A DNA stretch of 64,000 bases, from assembly GCA_964016885.1 (NCBI GenBank), contig OZ024744.1:93558001-93622000 (forward strand), read 5' to 3'. Source of the DNA: Eledone cirrhosa (lineage: Eukaryota). Under the pieces are notes generated by a model. That model ran no database searches and was not told where the DNA came from. It was given only the letters and a program-made list of their open reading frames with translations. A program made the translations under genes and the position numbers. Shown piece by piece: positions 24,817 to 37,265 of this stretch (positions are counted from its first letter, which is position 1; each line of letters opens with the position of its first letter).

Positions 24817-26112
24817 CTGTCAGTATACAACAAATACATTGCCGACAATACTTATGCTGTGCCAATTCTAACGCCAACATTTGGCCTACTGAACTGGTCA
24901 TTGCAAGAACTAAGTGAGATGGATGTTAGAACTCGAAAACTTCTCAGTGTTACTGGGAACTTTAACATCAATGGTGATGTGGATAGGCTATACTTCTCAC
25001 GCAAGGAAGGTGGCCGGGGTCTAAAATCAATATTAACAACATATGAGGCCCGAATAGTAACACTGAAGCAACACCTTCAACAGAGGGAAAAGGTTGGCAA
25101 CCATCTTGCTCAGGTTTATGAGCATGAAAAAAGAAATATCATTAGAATAGCGACTGATCTGGAGGAGAGATATGGAATAAAGCCTGATATAAATCTCTCA
25201 CCCAGAGAAATCGGAAGATCCTATTCAATGTTCAAACAAGATAAAAAAATTGACCAATTTACAGAAAAAGTTGTGCATGGATACTTGAGGCGTAAAACAC
25301 AGACCATAGAGGGGATAAACCACTCAAAAAGCCTGGCATGGAGTTCCGACAAGTTTATGACATCACACCTTGAGGGATATCTCTATGCAATACAGGAACA
25401 AGAACTCCCTACCAAATATCTGCTGCACAAAAGAGGAGGGCCAGCAGCTGACAATAAATGTAGGCTATGTAAAACAAAGATCGAGGATGTAAGCCACATT
25501 GTTGCCATCTGCGAAAGAATGTCATCTCGCTACTACCTCCCCATGAGACACGATGGGATAGCTAGAACCATCTGGAACGCACTTCGGAAAACAAAATTAA
25601 CAACAAACGAGGAAGAATATATTGAGACAGATGGCACTAAGGAATACTGGTGGAACCTGAAAATAAAAACTGCCACCAAATTAAAGCACAACCGGCCTGA
25701 TATTGTAGTTTGGGACCACACATTGAAAACGTGTTCTGTTGTGGAGATCAGCTGCCCACTTGATGTAAACGTTGTCAGAAAAATACAGGAGAAAGAGGAC
25801 ATCTATGGACCATTGATGAGGAGTTTACAAATCCAGTATCCAAGATACACCTTTAGCTTCATACCCATCATTATTGGTGCTACGGGTTATATACCAACCC
25901 GCTTGGACCAAAGTATGACCGAACTTGGATTTGCGGACAAAAAGCGCAACTCCCTAATTCATAGTCTACAAATGGCTGCGATAGCTGGCACCTTCAAAAT
26001 TTGCAAAACATTCTTGCGATTCAAGGGATGACAATTTCTTTTCTTTTACAACCTTGCCACCAGGAAGGTGGCCGGTCAAAAAAATATACTCGAAATTAAG
26101 AGAAAGAGAAAA
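24817..26112 (+). mobile_element. 5'-truncated RLE LINE (R4/Dong-related) with an uninterrupted C-terminal ORF, inserted in (CATA)n
   Basis: RLYFSRKEGGRGL, CRLCKTKIEDVSHIVAIC (CCHC), RHDGIA, KHNRPDIVVWD..VVEISCPLD, PIIIGATG; CATA arrays on both sides. Confidence 0.92.
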
Positions 26113-26316
26113 CATACATACATACATACATACAGATAGACATACACATACATACATACATGCATACATACATACATACATACATACAGATAGACATGCA
26201 TACATACATACATGCATACATACATGCATACATACATACAAACATGCATGCATACATACATACATACCGATAGATATGCACATACATACATACATACAGG
26301 CATACAGACATACATA

Positions 26317-26650
26317 CATGATGGCTGCCCCCTCCTTATCGAGTATGGCCATTGCACGATATACCATTATTAATAATTATTAATTAATTCTATCGTGCAA
26401 TGCCTGTGTGTGAAGAATTTTTTCAAGTGAGGAAAGACTGTGCACTGAGCCAATCCCACTCTCTGAGCGACAGTAGCTATAGATCAACATCATCGGTAAC
26501 TAGTGAGCCTCAGGTTTTATATCGGAGTTATCCCAGTTTCCTGAGTTGCCTTCTCCTAGAAGAATGCCCTGACAAAGGCTAGGGGACCTTCACTCCCAGT
26601 GGTTTAACCGCGCGATCGGGTATCCAGCCCGACTATTTCTATGTACCCGT
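26317..26650 (-). mobile_element. Short non-autonomous RTE derivative (5'UTR fused to the 3' tail), type B
   Basis: Body matches RTE 5'UTR 32680-32970; the end GTGCAATGGCCATACTCGATAAGGAGGGGGCAGCCATCATG(TATG)n matches the RTE 3' end at 28692-28733. Confidence 0.85.
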
Positions 26651-26714
26651 GCATATACATACACATGCACCCATACATACATAGAGTCATATGTACATAT
26701 ACACATAAAACATA

Positions 26715-27576
26715 CACGAAATACCTGATTCACAAAAGAGATAGGGATGCAGGCAAAACACCTAGATGTGATAACATGTGCAGACTCTGCAGAATTAACA
26801 CCGAAGATGTCACCCATGTCATAAGCAGCTGTCCAAAGATGTCATCGCGGTACTATCTACCTATGAGGCATGATGTAGTGGTCAAAACACTGTACAATGC
26901 GATCCATAGAAAAGATAGCCCTGATAATAAACACATTAAAAGCTACAGCAATGTGGAAGACATACATATACATAATATAAAAGAGTACTGGTGGAATGTT
27001 CCAGTAAAAACCCCAATAAAATGCAGGCATAACAGACCAGATATTATGGGACAGGGAAAAGAAGCCATGCACAGTAGTGGAAATTAGCTGCCCAGCAGAT
27101 GCCAATATAATATCAAAGATTAGTGAAAAGGAGAATATTTATGCAGAACTGATGAGAAATCTGCAGATACTTCACCCTGATTATACCTTCAGATTTATGC
27201 CTGTGATTATTGGGGCACTGGGATATGTTAGTAACTGCCTCAATACAAATCTTGAGAAGCTAGGCTTCACAGGAACAGAAAGAACACAACTAGTTAGGAA
27301 ATTACAAGTACAATCCATGAATGGAACAGTAAAAATATCTAAAACATTCCAAAAATGTTGCATCTAATAACTGCATATACACATGTACAGATACAAAGCA
27401 TATACACATGTACACATACAACTCAAAACATCCACACTTACAATAACATCCATATCTACTCATGCAGACGTACATATCTACCTAGTTGATGTTGTGTAAA
27501 TTCCAATGAGAGTCTTGTGTCTATGTTAGAAACCGACTCTCCCTCTATTGGGAAAACGTTGTGAAATTATAAAACC
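26715..27576 (+). mobile_element. Second, diverged RLE LINE 3' fragment (frameshifted)
   Basis: CRLCRINTEDVTHVISSC..SRYYLPMRHD, RHNRPDI, VEISCPAD, PVIIGALG; homologous to 25440-26030. Confidence 0.9.
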
Positions 27577-28008
27577 ATACATATATACATACATAAATAC
27601 ATATATACACATACATATATATATATATACATATATACATACATATATACATGCATACATTCATACATACATACACTCATACATACACACACACATACAT
27701 ACACACATACATACATATATATATATATATACATAATTACATATATACATATATACATACATATTTACATACACACATACAGACAGACAGACATACGTAT
27801 ATACATACGTTCAAACATATATACATATAGACATACAGTACATACATACATACATAGATACATACAGACATATACACACATAAATATATACATGCATAGA
27901 TATATGCACATACATACATACATATATACATACATATACATATATACATGTACACATACATACATATATACATACATATACATATATACATGTACACATA
28001 CATACATA

Positions 28009-28245
28009 CATGATGGCTGCAAACTCTGCTAAAAGTATTGCTATTGCTTGTCAGATTCACATGTGTGACTCTTGGATATGGCTTTTCAAGCTTGTTAGAG
28101 ACTTGCACTCCTTCGCACACCGAGGACACCTATGGATCTCCCTAGTCTCATCTTGCATCAGGTCTTCACAATACCGTGAAGGTCATAGTTCACTGGTTCC
28201 CTATGAATGTGGCTGCGACTGTGGCTTCTGAGACCAGATTTGCTC
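28009..28245 (-). mobile_element. 3' fragment of a related RTE subfamily
   Basis: Encodes CAKECKSLTSLKSHI (C2H2-like) and ends GCAGCCATCATG(TATG)n; homologous to 34083-34340. Confidence 0.8.
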
Positions 28246-28312
28246 ATACACACATACATACACACACACATACAGACAGACGGACATATGCACACGTACA
28301 TACATGCATACA

Positions 28313-28680
28313 CATGGTGGCTGCCAACTCGTTTTCGAGTACGGCCACTACTTTATATCCATGTAGGAGAACCTCCTACCGATGCGCTGAACGAGTGTGA
28401 CTTTTTAGTCCAGCCAGCGACTTGAAAACTCTGGTACAAACACTACACTTGTGACAATTATTGACACATAGTGCTGGGCCCATGGTACCATGTGATGACA
28501 AGTGCAGAGAGATCTCCAGATATAAAGCAATGCCTGTGCCGTGAAGCTTTTATAGTGAGCAAAGGCACTGCACAAAGCCAGTCCCACTCTCTTAACCAAG
28601 ATGATATTTACCAAAAAGAAGAACAAGTCAACATCATTGGATACCATCAGGGTTGCAGGTGTTATATCAGAGTTTTCCTT
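28313..28680 (-). mobile_element. Short RTE-derived element type A, interrupted
   Basis: Nearly identical to 39812-40178. Confidence 0.85.
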
Positions 28681-28694
28681 ACACATACATACAT

Positions 28695-28887
28695 GATGGC
28701 TACCCCCTCGTTATCGAGTATGGCCATTGCACAATAAAAAAAAAATAAAATAAATAAAAAATAAAAATTAAAAAAAAAAAAAAAATAATAATAAATAAAT
28801 TAAAAAAAAAATATATATATATATACATACATATATACATACACACATACATACACTCACACATATATACACACATACATTAATAAC

Positions 28888-28929
<42 letters not shown>

Positions 28930-28992
28930 CGACAACAACAATAATAATATACATATTCATATATATATACACACACACGCACGCACATAAGC

Positions 28993-29025
<33 letters not shown>

Positions 29026-32000
29026 AGCACACGATAGCAACTAACAGTGCTGCGATCGAATGTGGCTTTTTAGCCCAGCCAATGATCTAAAATGTCTTGC
29101 ACAGAGTCGGCAACCAAAACATTCACTGGGAATAGTCGGCTGTGGTTGGAGTTCGTGTACTTTTGCATGTCGCTTGAGCCCTCCTGCTGATTTACATTCT
29201 CTACCACATGTTTGGCAAGCATGATGAGTAGCATCTCCAACAGCAGTCTGGTAGTCAACCACTGGTCTTACTTTATGACTGCGAAGATGACTTTCGAGTC
29301 CAGCTTTGCTTAGGCAGAGTCTCGCACAGACGCTGCATGTCAGAACCATAGGAGGACCCTCGCCGTCTGGAAGTGCAACAGCAATGCCCTTCCTCACGTC
29401 CCGCTTTACTTTCTCGTGTGCGATTCGAGATGCCTCAAAGGCAACTTTTCCCTCATATACAGTCTTTCTCCACTTATTACGATCAGCAGCAATATTTTCC
29501 CATGTATCAGCAGAGATGTTAGCGTCTTTCAGAGAGGCTTTCAAGGAATCCTTATACCTCTTTTTTGGTTTATGTGGCGGTCGTTTTCCTTTAACCAACT
29601 CTCCATAGACGAGTTGTTTTGGTATTCTAGAATCCCTCATCCTGGCAAGGTGACCACTCCAACGGAGTAGCTGCTTAAGCACAAGAGCTTCTATACTGTC
29701 ACACATAGAGCTTTCCAAAATCTCGACATCACTGATGTGGTCCCTCCAGTGAACGCCATGGATCCGTCTGAGACACATCTGATGGAAACGCTCCAATTGC
29801 TTAAGGTGGCGTCGATATGTAACCCAGGTCTCGCAGGCATAAAGAAGACAAGAGAGTACACATGCCCTGTACACCTTTACCTTTGTCCTCCTGCATATGT
29901 CTCGCCGACCCCAGAGTCGCCTTTCTAGCTTTCCGAAAGCATCACTTGCTTTCCTAATCCTAAGTGAGATTTCACTGTCAAGGTTGCTGTATCGATCGAC
30001 AGTGCTTCCCAGGTAGACAAACTGATCAACCACTCCGAGTCGTTTGCCATACACATAGATGTTTGGTTCAGTGTACTGCTTACAGATATACTGCTTACTG
30101 GTTCAGTGTACAGTTGGTACATGACGACGGTTTTCTTGAGACTGACAGTCAAACCCAAGGAGTGCAAGCGTCAGAAAATACATTCAAAATGTGCTGCATA
30201 TCACTCTCTGTGTGCGCTACAAGATCGCAATCATCTGCATACAAGAGGTCTCTTATGACTGATGTAAATACTTTTGTCTTCGCAGCAAAGCGCCTGATGT
30301 TAAATATGCTGCCTGAGGTTCGATATCGGATGTAAACACCATGCTCGCAATTCCTGAATGCAATACAGAAAACCATTGCAAAGTATATGGCAAACAGGGT
30401 CGGTGCTGGAATATCCCCCTGTTTCACTCCATTTTTTACTGAGATAGGCTCCGACATGTTACCTCCGACATTAACCCAAGCCTTCATGTCGCCATGGAAA
30501 GACCTAACTAAAGCAAGGAACTTATCAGGGCAACCAAGTTTCTGGAGAACCTTCCATAATGCATCTCTGTTGACAGTATCGAAAGCCTTTGTCAGATCGA
30601 CAAAAACCTGATACAGATCCAAGCCCTGTTCAATGCACTTCTCCTGGAGCTGTCTAGCTGAGAAGATCATATCCGTAGTGCCGCGTCCAGCACGAAAACC
30701 AGATTGACTTTCAGGAAGGACACAATCTGCAATGTGTGTCAGCAGACGGTCCAGAAGCACCCTACATAAAACTTTCCCTACGACAGAAAGCAATGATATA
30801 CCTCTGTAGTTCCCACAATCATTCCTGTTACCCTTCCCCTTGTACAAGACCACCATTACTGCATCTCTCCAGTCCTCAGGCACGGATTCATTCGCCCATA
30901 TCCCTCCAAACAGAGAGTGAAGATTTTGCAGGAGTCTCTCACCACCATATTGTAGGAGCTCAGCATGTATGCCATCCATACCTGGAGATCTTCCACTGTT
31001 CAGCTTCGAAATAGCCACTGCAACCTCCACAAGCGTCGGAGGTTCTGCGAGAGCTACTTTCACAGGACTTTCCGGAATGAGATTGAGGAAATCTTCACTG
31101 ACGACAGACGGCTGATTCAAAAGATCATCAAAGTGCTCTCGCCACCTTCGTAGAATTCCCTGTGAGTCACGAAGAAGTTCTTTGCCATCCTTGCTGCGAA
31201 TCGGTGTCACCAGAGAAGAAGACGGTCCATAAACCTCACGCAAGAGACTGTACAACAGCTTTGTGTTATTGCAATCAGACGCAGTTTGTATCTCACCAGC
31301 CTTCTCACTCCACCACTGATCCTTCATCTGAGAAAGACTCCGCCTAACACGTGATTTTACATCCCTGAGCCCCTCATGCAACGTATTCCTCTCCTGTGGT
31401 TTTGCCGTCAAGTAGCGTGACAGAGCACGCCTCTTATCAGCCAACAAGTCTTCTATATGTACATCATTCTCATTAAACCAGTCCTGATGTTTTCTCTGCA
31501 CCAATCCCAGAACACGTCTGCCTACATCATAAACCGACTTTTTAAGGGTCGGCCAATCCTCACCAAGATCTGCAGCCTGCATCTCTTCTTCCAATGTCCT
31601 CTTCACATTTTTATCCTTAAGACGAGCAGCATTCAATCTTTTGGGCAGGGCAACACCAGGAGCCCGGATTTTACGTTTGGTGATTAGATTCACTTTTGCG
31701 CGTACCAGGCGGTGGTCCGTCCAGCACTCAGCTCCACGAAGAACACGAACACACTGCACATCCTGTCTGTCATGCATCCTGACTAGGACGTAGTCCAAAA
31801 GATGCCATTCCTTAGATGCAGGATGCATCCATGTGGTCTTGAATTTGTTCTTTCGTTGGAACATGGTGCTGGTAACACACAGATCCAGCTCCTCACACAT
31901 CTGCAGCAAGAGCATACCATTGCTGTTACACTTTCCCACCCCATGCCTTCCGATTACATTCCATGTGTTAAAATCCCTACCCACTCTAGCATTAAAGTCA

Positions 32001-33243
32001 CCAAGCACGATGACTTTGTCTGCCTGAGGGATATTTCTTAGAACACCTTTCAAGGCATGGTAAAAGGACAGTTTTTCTTCATCGACAGAATTCATAGTTG
32101 GAGCATACACACTCACCAGGGTAGCATATCTTCCCTTGTCCAGCAGAACTCTCATGGACATAAGACGCTCACTAATCCCTACTGGGAATTCTTCTAATTT
32201 ATTCACCAGTACAGTCTTAACAGCAAATCCTACCCCAGCCTCTCTTCTGGTTCCTTCATCTCTTCCTTTCCAGAAGAATGTATATTCTCCACAAAATTCC
32301 GTAAGATGACCATCTCCAGCTAACCTCGTCTCAGATAAAGCCACGATGTCAAGATCGTAACGTCGAAGCTCCTTTGCAACAAGAGCGGTCCTTCGTTCAG
32401 GACGCTCCAAAGAATCCCTGTCAAGCAGCGTCCGTACGTTCCAGCAGCCAAGACTAAATGCCCTGTTTGGCTCTATTACAATGGCACGATGACGGGCGGG
32501 CCCAGGTTGTGATAACTTGGGGCCCCTGCCCTTATTGCCAATGATCTTTTTTGTTCCAGAACCCAAACTGGCAATTATCTCGTTTACATTGTTCTGGAAC
32601 ATCATTGAATTGGAAAAAAAAAAAAAAAAAAGTAATAATAATAGTAATAATAATAATAATAATAATAATAGTACACTATTAATAATTATTAATGCACTCG
32701 TGCAATGCCTGTGCGTGACGAATATTTTTAAAGTGAGGAAAGACTGTGCACTGAGCCAATCCCACTCTCTGAGCGACAGTAGCTATAACCCGAAAAGAAG
32801 AAAAGATCAACATCATCGGTAACTACTGAGCCGCAGGTTTTATATCGGAGTTAACCCAGTTTCCTGAGATGCCTTCTCCTAGAAGAATACCCTGACAAGG
32901 GCTAGGGGTTCTGCTCTCCCAGTGGTTTAACTGCGCGATCGGGCATCCAGCCCGATTATTTCTATGTCCCCGCGCGCGCAAAAAAAAAAAAAAAAAATCA
33001 CTTATTGACACTTATACGTACGACATACACACACACGCATACATATGCGCGCGCACAGCAACACTCATACATACAACAAACACACACACACGCTACTCTA
33101 CTCACTTACACGCACACACACACATATATATTTATATATATATTACCGTCATTACTGATACAAGATTACAAGATTATGTCAACTGTTGACTTTCAAGAGT
33201 TTGTATAGTTGAAGCCGATCGTATTACAGTCCAGTATTACTGT
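28695..33243 (-). mobile_element. RTE-clade LINE copy 2, essentially full length, flanked by 81-bp direct repeats
   Basis: 5'UTR, APE-RT ORF (30149-32605 and 29041-30054), microsatellite-filled 3'UTR and CCATCATG(TATG) tail; 28614-28694 is identical to 33244-33324. Confidence 0.93.
29041..32605 (-). pseudogene. RTE ORF: APE endonuclease + reverse transcriptase + three C2H2-like zinc fingers; disrupted near 30060-30165
   Basis: LGCWNVRTL, VYAPT, LGDFNARVG, LDYVLV..TDH, YRGISLL, VKQGD, YADD, YLGS; CSVC..H..H, CQTC..H..H, CRLC..H..H. Confidence 0.95.
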
Positions 33244-33473
33244 AAAAGAAGAACAAGTCAACATCATTGGATACCATCAGGGTTGCAGGTGTTATATCAG
33301 AGTTTTCCTTACACATACATACATACATACATACTTACATACACACAGAGATACATGCACATACATACCTACAACCATACATACAGATAGATAGACATGC
33401 ACATACATACATACATACATACATACATACATACATACATACATACATACATACATACATACATACATACATA

Positions 33474-33812
33474 CATGATAGCTGCCCCCCTCGTTTTTAA
33501 GTATGGCCATTGCACGATATAACATTATTAATAATTATCAATTAATTCTATCGTGCAATGCCTGTGCGTGAAGAATTTTTTCAAGTGAGGAAAGACTGTG
33601 CACTGAGCCAATCCCACTCTCTGAGCGACAGTAGATATAACCCGAAAAGAAGAAAAATCAACATCATTCGTAACGACTGAGCCGCAGGTTTTATATTGGA
33701 GTTATCCCAGTTTCCTGAGTTGCCTTCTCCTGCCCTGACAAAGGCTAGGGTCCTACACTCCCAGTGGTTTAACTACGCGATTGGGTGTCCAGCCCGGCTA
33801 TTTCTATGTCGC
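33474..33812 (-). mobile_element. Short non-autonomous RTE derivative type B
   Basis: Homologous to 26317-26650 and 62261-62625. Confidence 0.85.
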
Positions 33813-33889
33813 CGCGCATATACATACACATGCACCCATGTATATACACATATACATACATATGTCCATGTGTATATATATATTTACAC

Positions 33890-34475
33890 ACTTTTGGATG
33901 GCTGTTGACTCTTATGAGTTCTTCCGCCCTTTGTCAGGTTTTGTGTTTTGGCTGCAGCATGTCCAAAATCATCCTCTTCAGCAAGTAAACCTGGTGGGGT
34001 TGCTGGTTTAGTGCTGACGACCCGACCATGTGACAGGTTGTACTGGGTTACATGTTACATACATACATACACACATATATACATGATGGCTGCAAACTCT
34101 GCTAAGAGTATTGCAATCGTATATCAGATTCACATGTGTGACACTCGGATATGGCTTTTCAAGCTTGCTAGAGACTTGCACTCCTTCGCACACTGACGAC
34201 AACTATGGATCTCTCGGACCTGCGGTCCTGCATCAGGTTGCCTGTGAAGCTTCACAATACCGTGGAGATCATAGTTCACTGGTTCTCTTTGAACATGGTT
34301 GCGACCAGATTTGAACATGGCTCTCGAGACCAGATTTGCTGAAGCAAATTTTTCCACACTCAGGGCACTTCAGTTTAATGGAAACAATTGTTTCCATTAA
34401 ATTGAAGTGCCCTGACTGTTTCGAGAGATATACTAGGGCATTGCTTACGCACATCCTGTTTGATCTTCTCATGCT
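33890..34475 (-). mobile_element. RTE 5'-end fragment (33890-34050) and RTE-subfamily 3' zinc-finger fragment (34083-34475)
   Basis: 33890-34050 aligns with 40228-40380; the second part encodes LKCPECGKICFSKSGLESH and CRQCAKECKSLASLKSHIRVSH. Confidence 0.8.
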
Positions 34476-34908
34476 CTATGCATACATACATGCATTACAT
34501 ACATTACATACATTACATACATTACATACATACATACAGACATACATAGGTAGATAGATGAATATATAAACGGATAGATACATAGATAGATAGAGATAGT
34601 TAGACAGATAGATAGATTTCTTTATTCGCCACAAGGACGCACAAGAAAAGGGGACAATACAAAGACATGCCGGGGATTTTACATGCAGTCGTGTAAAAAA
34701 AAAAATATAAAAACAAACAATAGATAGATAGATACATAGATATAAAGAGATAGTTAAATAGATACATAGAGATAGATATAGATAGATATGGACAGATATC
34801 TACATATTGGTTGACATAGAGAGACACATAGATATATTTCTTTATTTGTCACAGCGGTGCACAAGAAATGGGACATTACAGGACATACGGCGGGGGTTTT
34901 ACATTTAA

Positions 34909-35116
34909 CCCTTTACCATTTACATTACTCTATATTTACTATTGTATTTTCACAGTAAAGGCTTTATCTCACATAATATTAAATCTATGAGATTTTCATG
35001 TTATTTATTTTGAGAACAATACCTTAATGTAGGTATGAGCTGCCAGTTACAGCAGGTTTGAACAGAAAGAGGTGAGAGAATTCTGGCCGGATACGGCTGG
35101 TTTAAATACTAAAGGG
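34909..35116 (+). mobile_element. piggyBac-type MITE (family 1), 208 bp
   Basis: TTAA|CCCTTTACCATTTA...TAAATACTAAAGGG|TTAA: terminal inverted repeats and TTAA duplication. Confidence 0.9.
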
Positions 35117-35154
35117 TTAAACGTGTAAACAGTTTTAACAATTATAAAATATAT

Positions 35155-35343
35155 AATATTTCTACTTTTGGCACAAGGCCAGTAATTACCCCAGTGCATT
35201 ACTGGTGCTTTATTTTGTCAACCCTGTAAGGATGAAAGGCAGAGTTAACCTCGGCGGGATTTGAACTCAGAATGTAAAGGGCCATAACTCTATGCTGCAA
35301 AGCATGGTGTCTGATGCTCTACCAATTACTGCCAATCCACCGT
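35155..35343 (-). mobile_element. Family-A SINE
   Basis: Matches the SINE A consensus. Confidence 0.9.
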
Positions 35344-35425
35344 CATAATAATAATAATAAATAATAAATAATCAAATTGAAATCCCGAATAGTGGGGAAC
35401 GTTACAGCCGGGTTGTTTTACACCC

Positions 35426-35770
35426 GGTAGATGTGCAGTGTCAATGTGCGTGAACGACCCAGCATGAATGTGTTGAGAGAGAAACTGTGTCTGAGAGGGA
35501 TAGAATGTAGTGTACGGGAGAGGAGACTGAGGTGGTATGGACATGTGATGCGCATGGAGGATGACCGATGGGTGAAGAAGTGCCAGGAAATGCCAGTTGA
35601 AGGAAGACGTGGTAGAGGTAGACCACGAAAAACATGGGCGGAGGTGGTGAGAACAGACCTCAGATCGTTGAAGCTCACGGTGGAGATGACGAAGGACCGT
35701 GACAAGTGGAGAGATGCTGTGCTGAATAAGACCCGTCCCACCCTTGTTAGCAGGGAAGAGCGGACGTAAA

Positions 35771-35800
<30 letters not shown>
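35426..35800 (+). mobile_element. 3' fragment of a second RTE-like LINE family with a (GAT)n tail, inserted in a Tx1 3'UTR
   Basis: RRLRWYGHVMRMEDD..GRRGRGRPRKTW; same family as 59096-61790; Tx1 UTR sequence on both sides (compare 36280-36360). Confidence 0.88.
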
Positions 35801-35802
<2 letters not shown>

Positions 35803-36119
35803 AGATAGAACAACCCTAAACACCAGGAGCATGTTTTGCAAGAGCTCCTGTTTTCACTCTCTTGCCCTCCACAACCAACAGGTTTATGTACAGAATACGC
35901 CCATTCATAGACAGAGTCAGACATAGATGGATATATAGATAGATAGATAGATAGATAGATATAGTCAGCTAGACAGATAGATACACGGATATACATAGAG
36001 AGATAGTTAAATAGGTACATAGAGATAGATAGATACATACAGATATCTATGTATAGATAGCCAGACAGATGGATAGATAGACATATGGACAGAGAGATAG
36101 ACAGAGACAGAGAGATAGA

Positions 36120-37047
36120 TATCTTTCTTTATTTGCCACAGGGGCGATCAAAAATGCAACATTACAAGACGTGACAGCGGGGGTTTTACATAAAAAGCAT
36201 ATAACTTTAACATTAATAAAAAGCATATAACTTTAACATTAATAAATAACAATAAACTATATATAAAATAAAATAACAATCAAAATCCCCTCGCGGGAGG
36301 AACATTATGCAGGGTTGTTTTGTACCCCGTGGATAGAACAACCCTCAACACCAGTAGCACATTTTGTAGGTGTTCTCGTCTTCCCTCTGTTTGTCTTCCT
36401 CAACCTACAGGTTTATATACAGAGAGGACCCATTCACCCGGGCCATTTTTGCCACATTCACCCACCTTTCAGTGAATTTACTGGGGTGTAACACCGCTCT
36501 TTCCACTCTTACCTTCCTTCTGGAGTGGTACTTAAAGAAGGGTATGAGTTGTTGTCTGGAGAAGAATGTGTTTGCTCTCAGTCCTTTTAACCTCGTCCAC
36601 CACATTACCTCTTTCGCCATAGCCACCAGACAGAGGGATGCATCCCACATGTGACAGTAGCTGTTCGACATAATTCCAAAGGTCGGTCACCCCTGGGCAC
36701 TGAACAATTGCATGCAGAACGGTTTCAATGTCCTGCTCGCATCTTGGACAGGGCCTTTTGGCAGGATCCCTGCCAGGGTGTCCGTGCCTGTAGATTTTAT
36801 CTCGGACTGGTAGAGCTCCTCAGTAGCACTACCAGGCCAGAGACCTCTGGAGGTTATCCATAGGCTCTGGGCAGAAAGTCCTCCCAAACAGAGTGGTCAG
36901 TTCGTCTTCCTCGATGCCTAGAGTTTCCTCAAGAACGTCATTTCCACTAATCCCCTATAGAATGTTGACGTGGAGTCACCACTTATTGCCGTTTCTGCTT
37001 GGTAGAGCAGAAGGCTGTGAGCGCCTGAAGGTACTTGAGATGCCAAA
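36120..37047 (-). mobile_element. Tx1/L1-clade LINE 3' fragment
   Basis: Homologous to 37266-38150 and 17726-18392; AATAAA 3' end at (GATA)n. Confidence 0.85.
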
Positions 37048-37265
37048 TAGATAGCCACACAGACAGATAGACAAACAGACAGACAGATAAGCAGGAAGAC
37101 ATACTAACAGATAAATATGGAGACACATAGACCGCTAGATAGATAGACACACACACATAAAAACACACAGACATAGATAGATGGATATAAAGACAGATAT
37201 GTTTCTTTATTAGCCACAGGGGCACAAAAGAAGGAGAATGGATATATAGATAGATAGATATAGAT

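Noticed and set aside
24415-28425. Many (MYVC)n/(HTYI)n ORFs
   Set aside because: Translations of (CATA)n microsatellites
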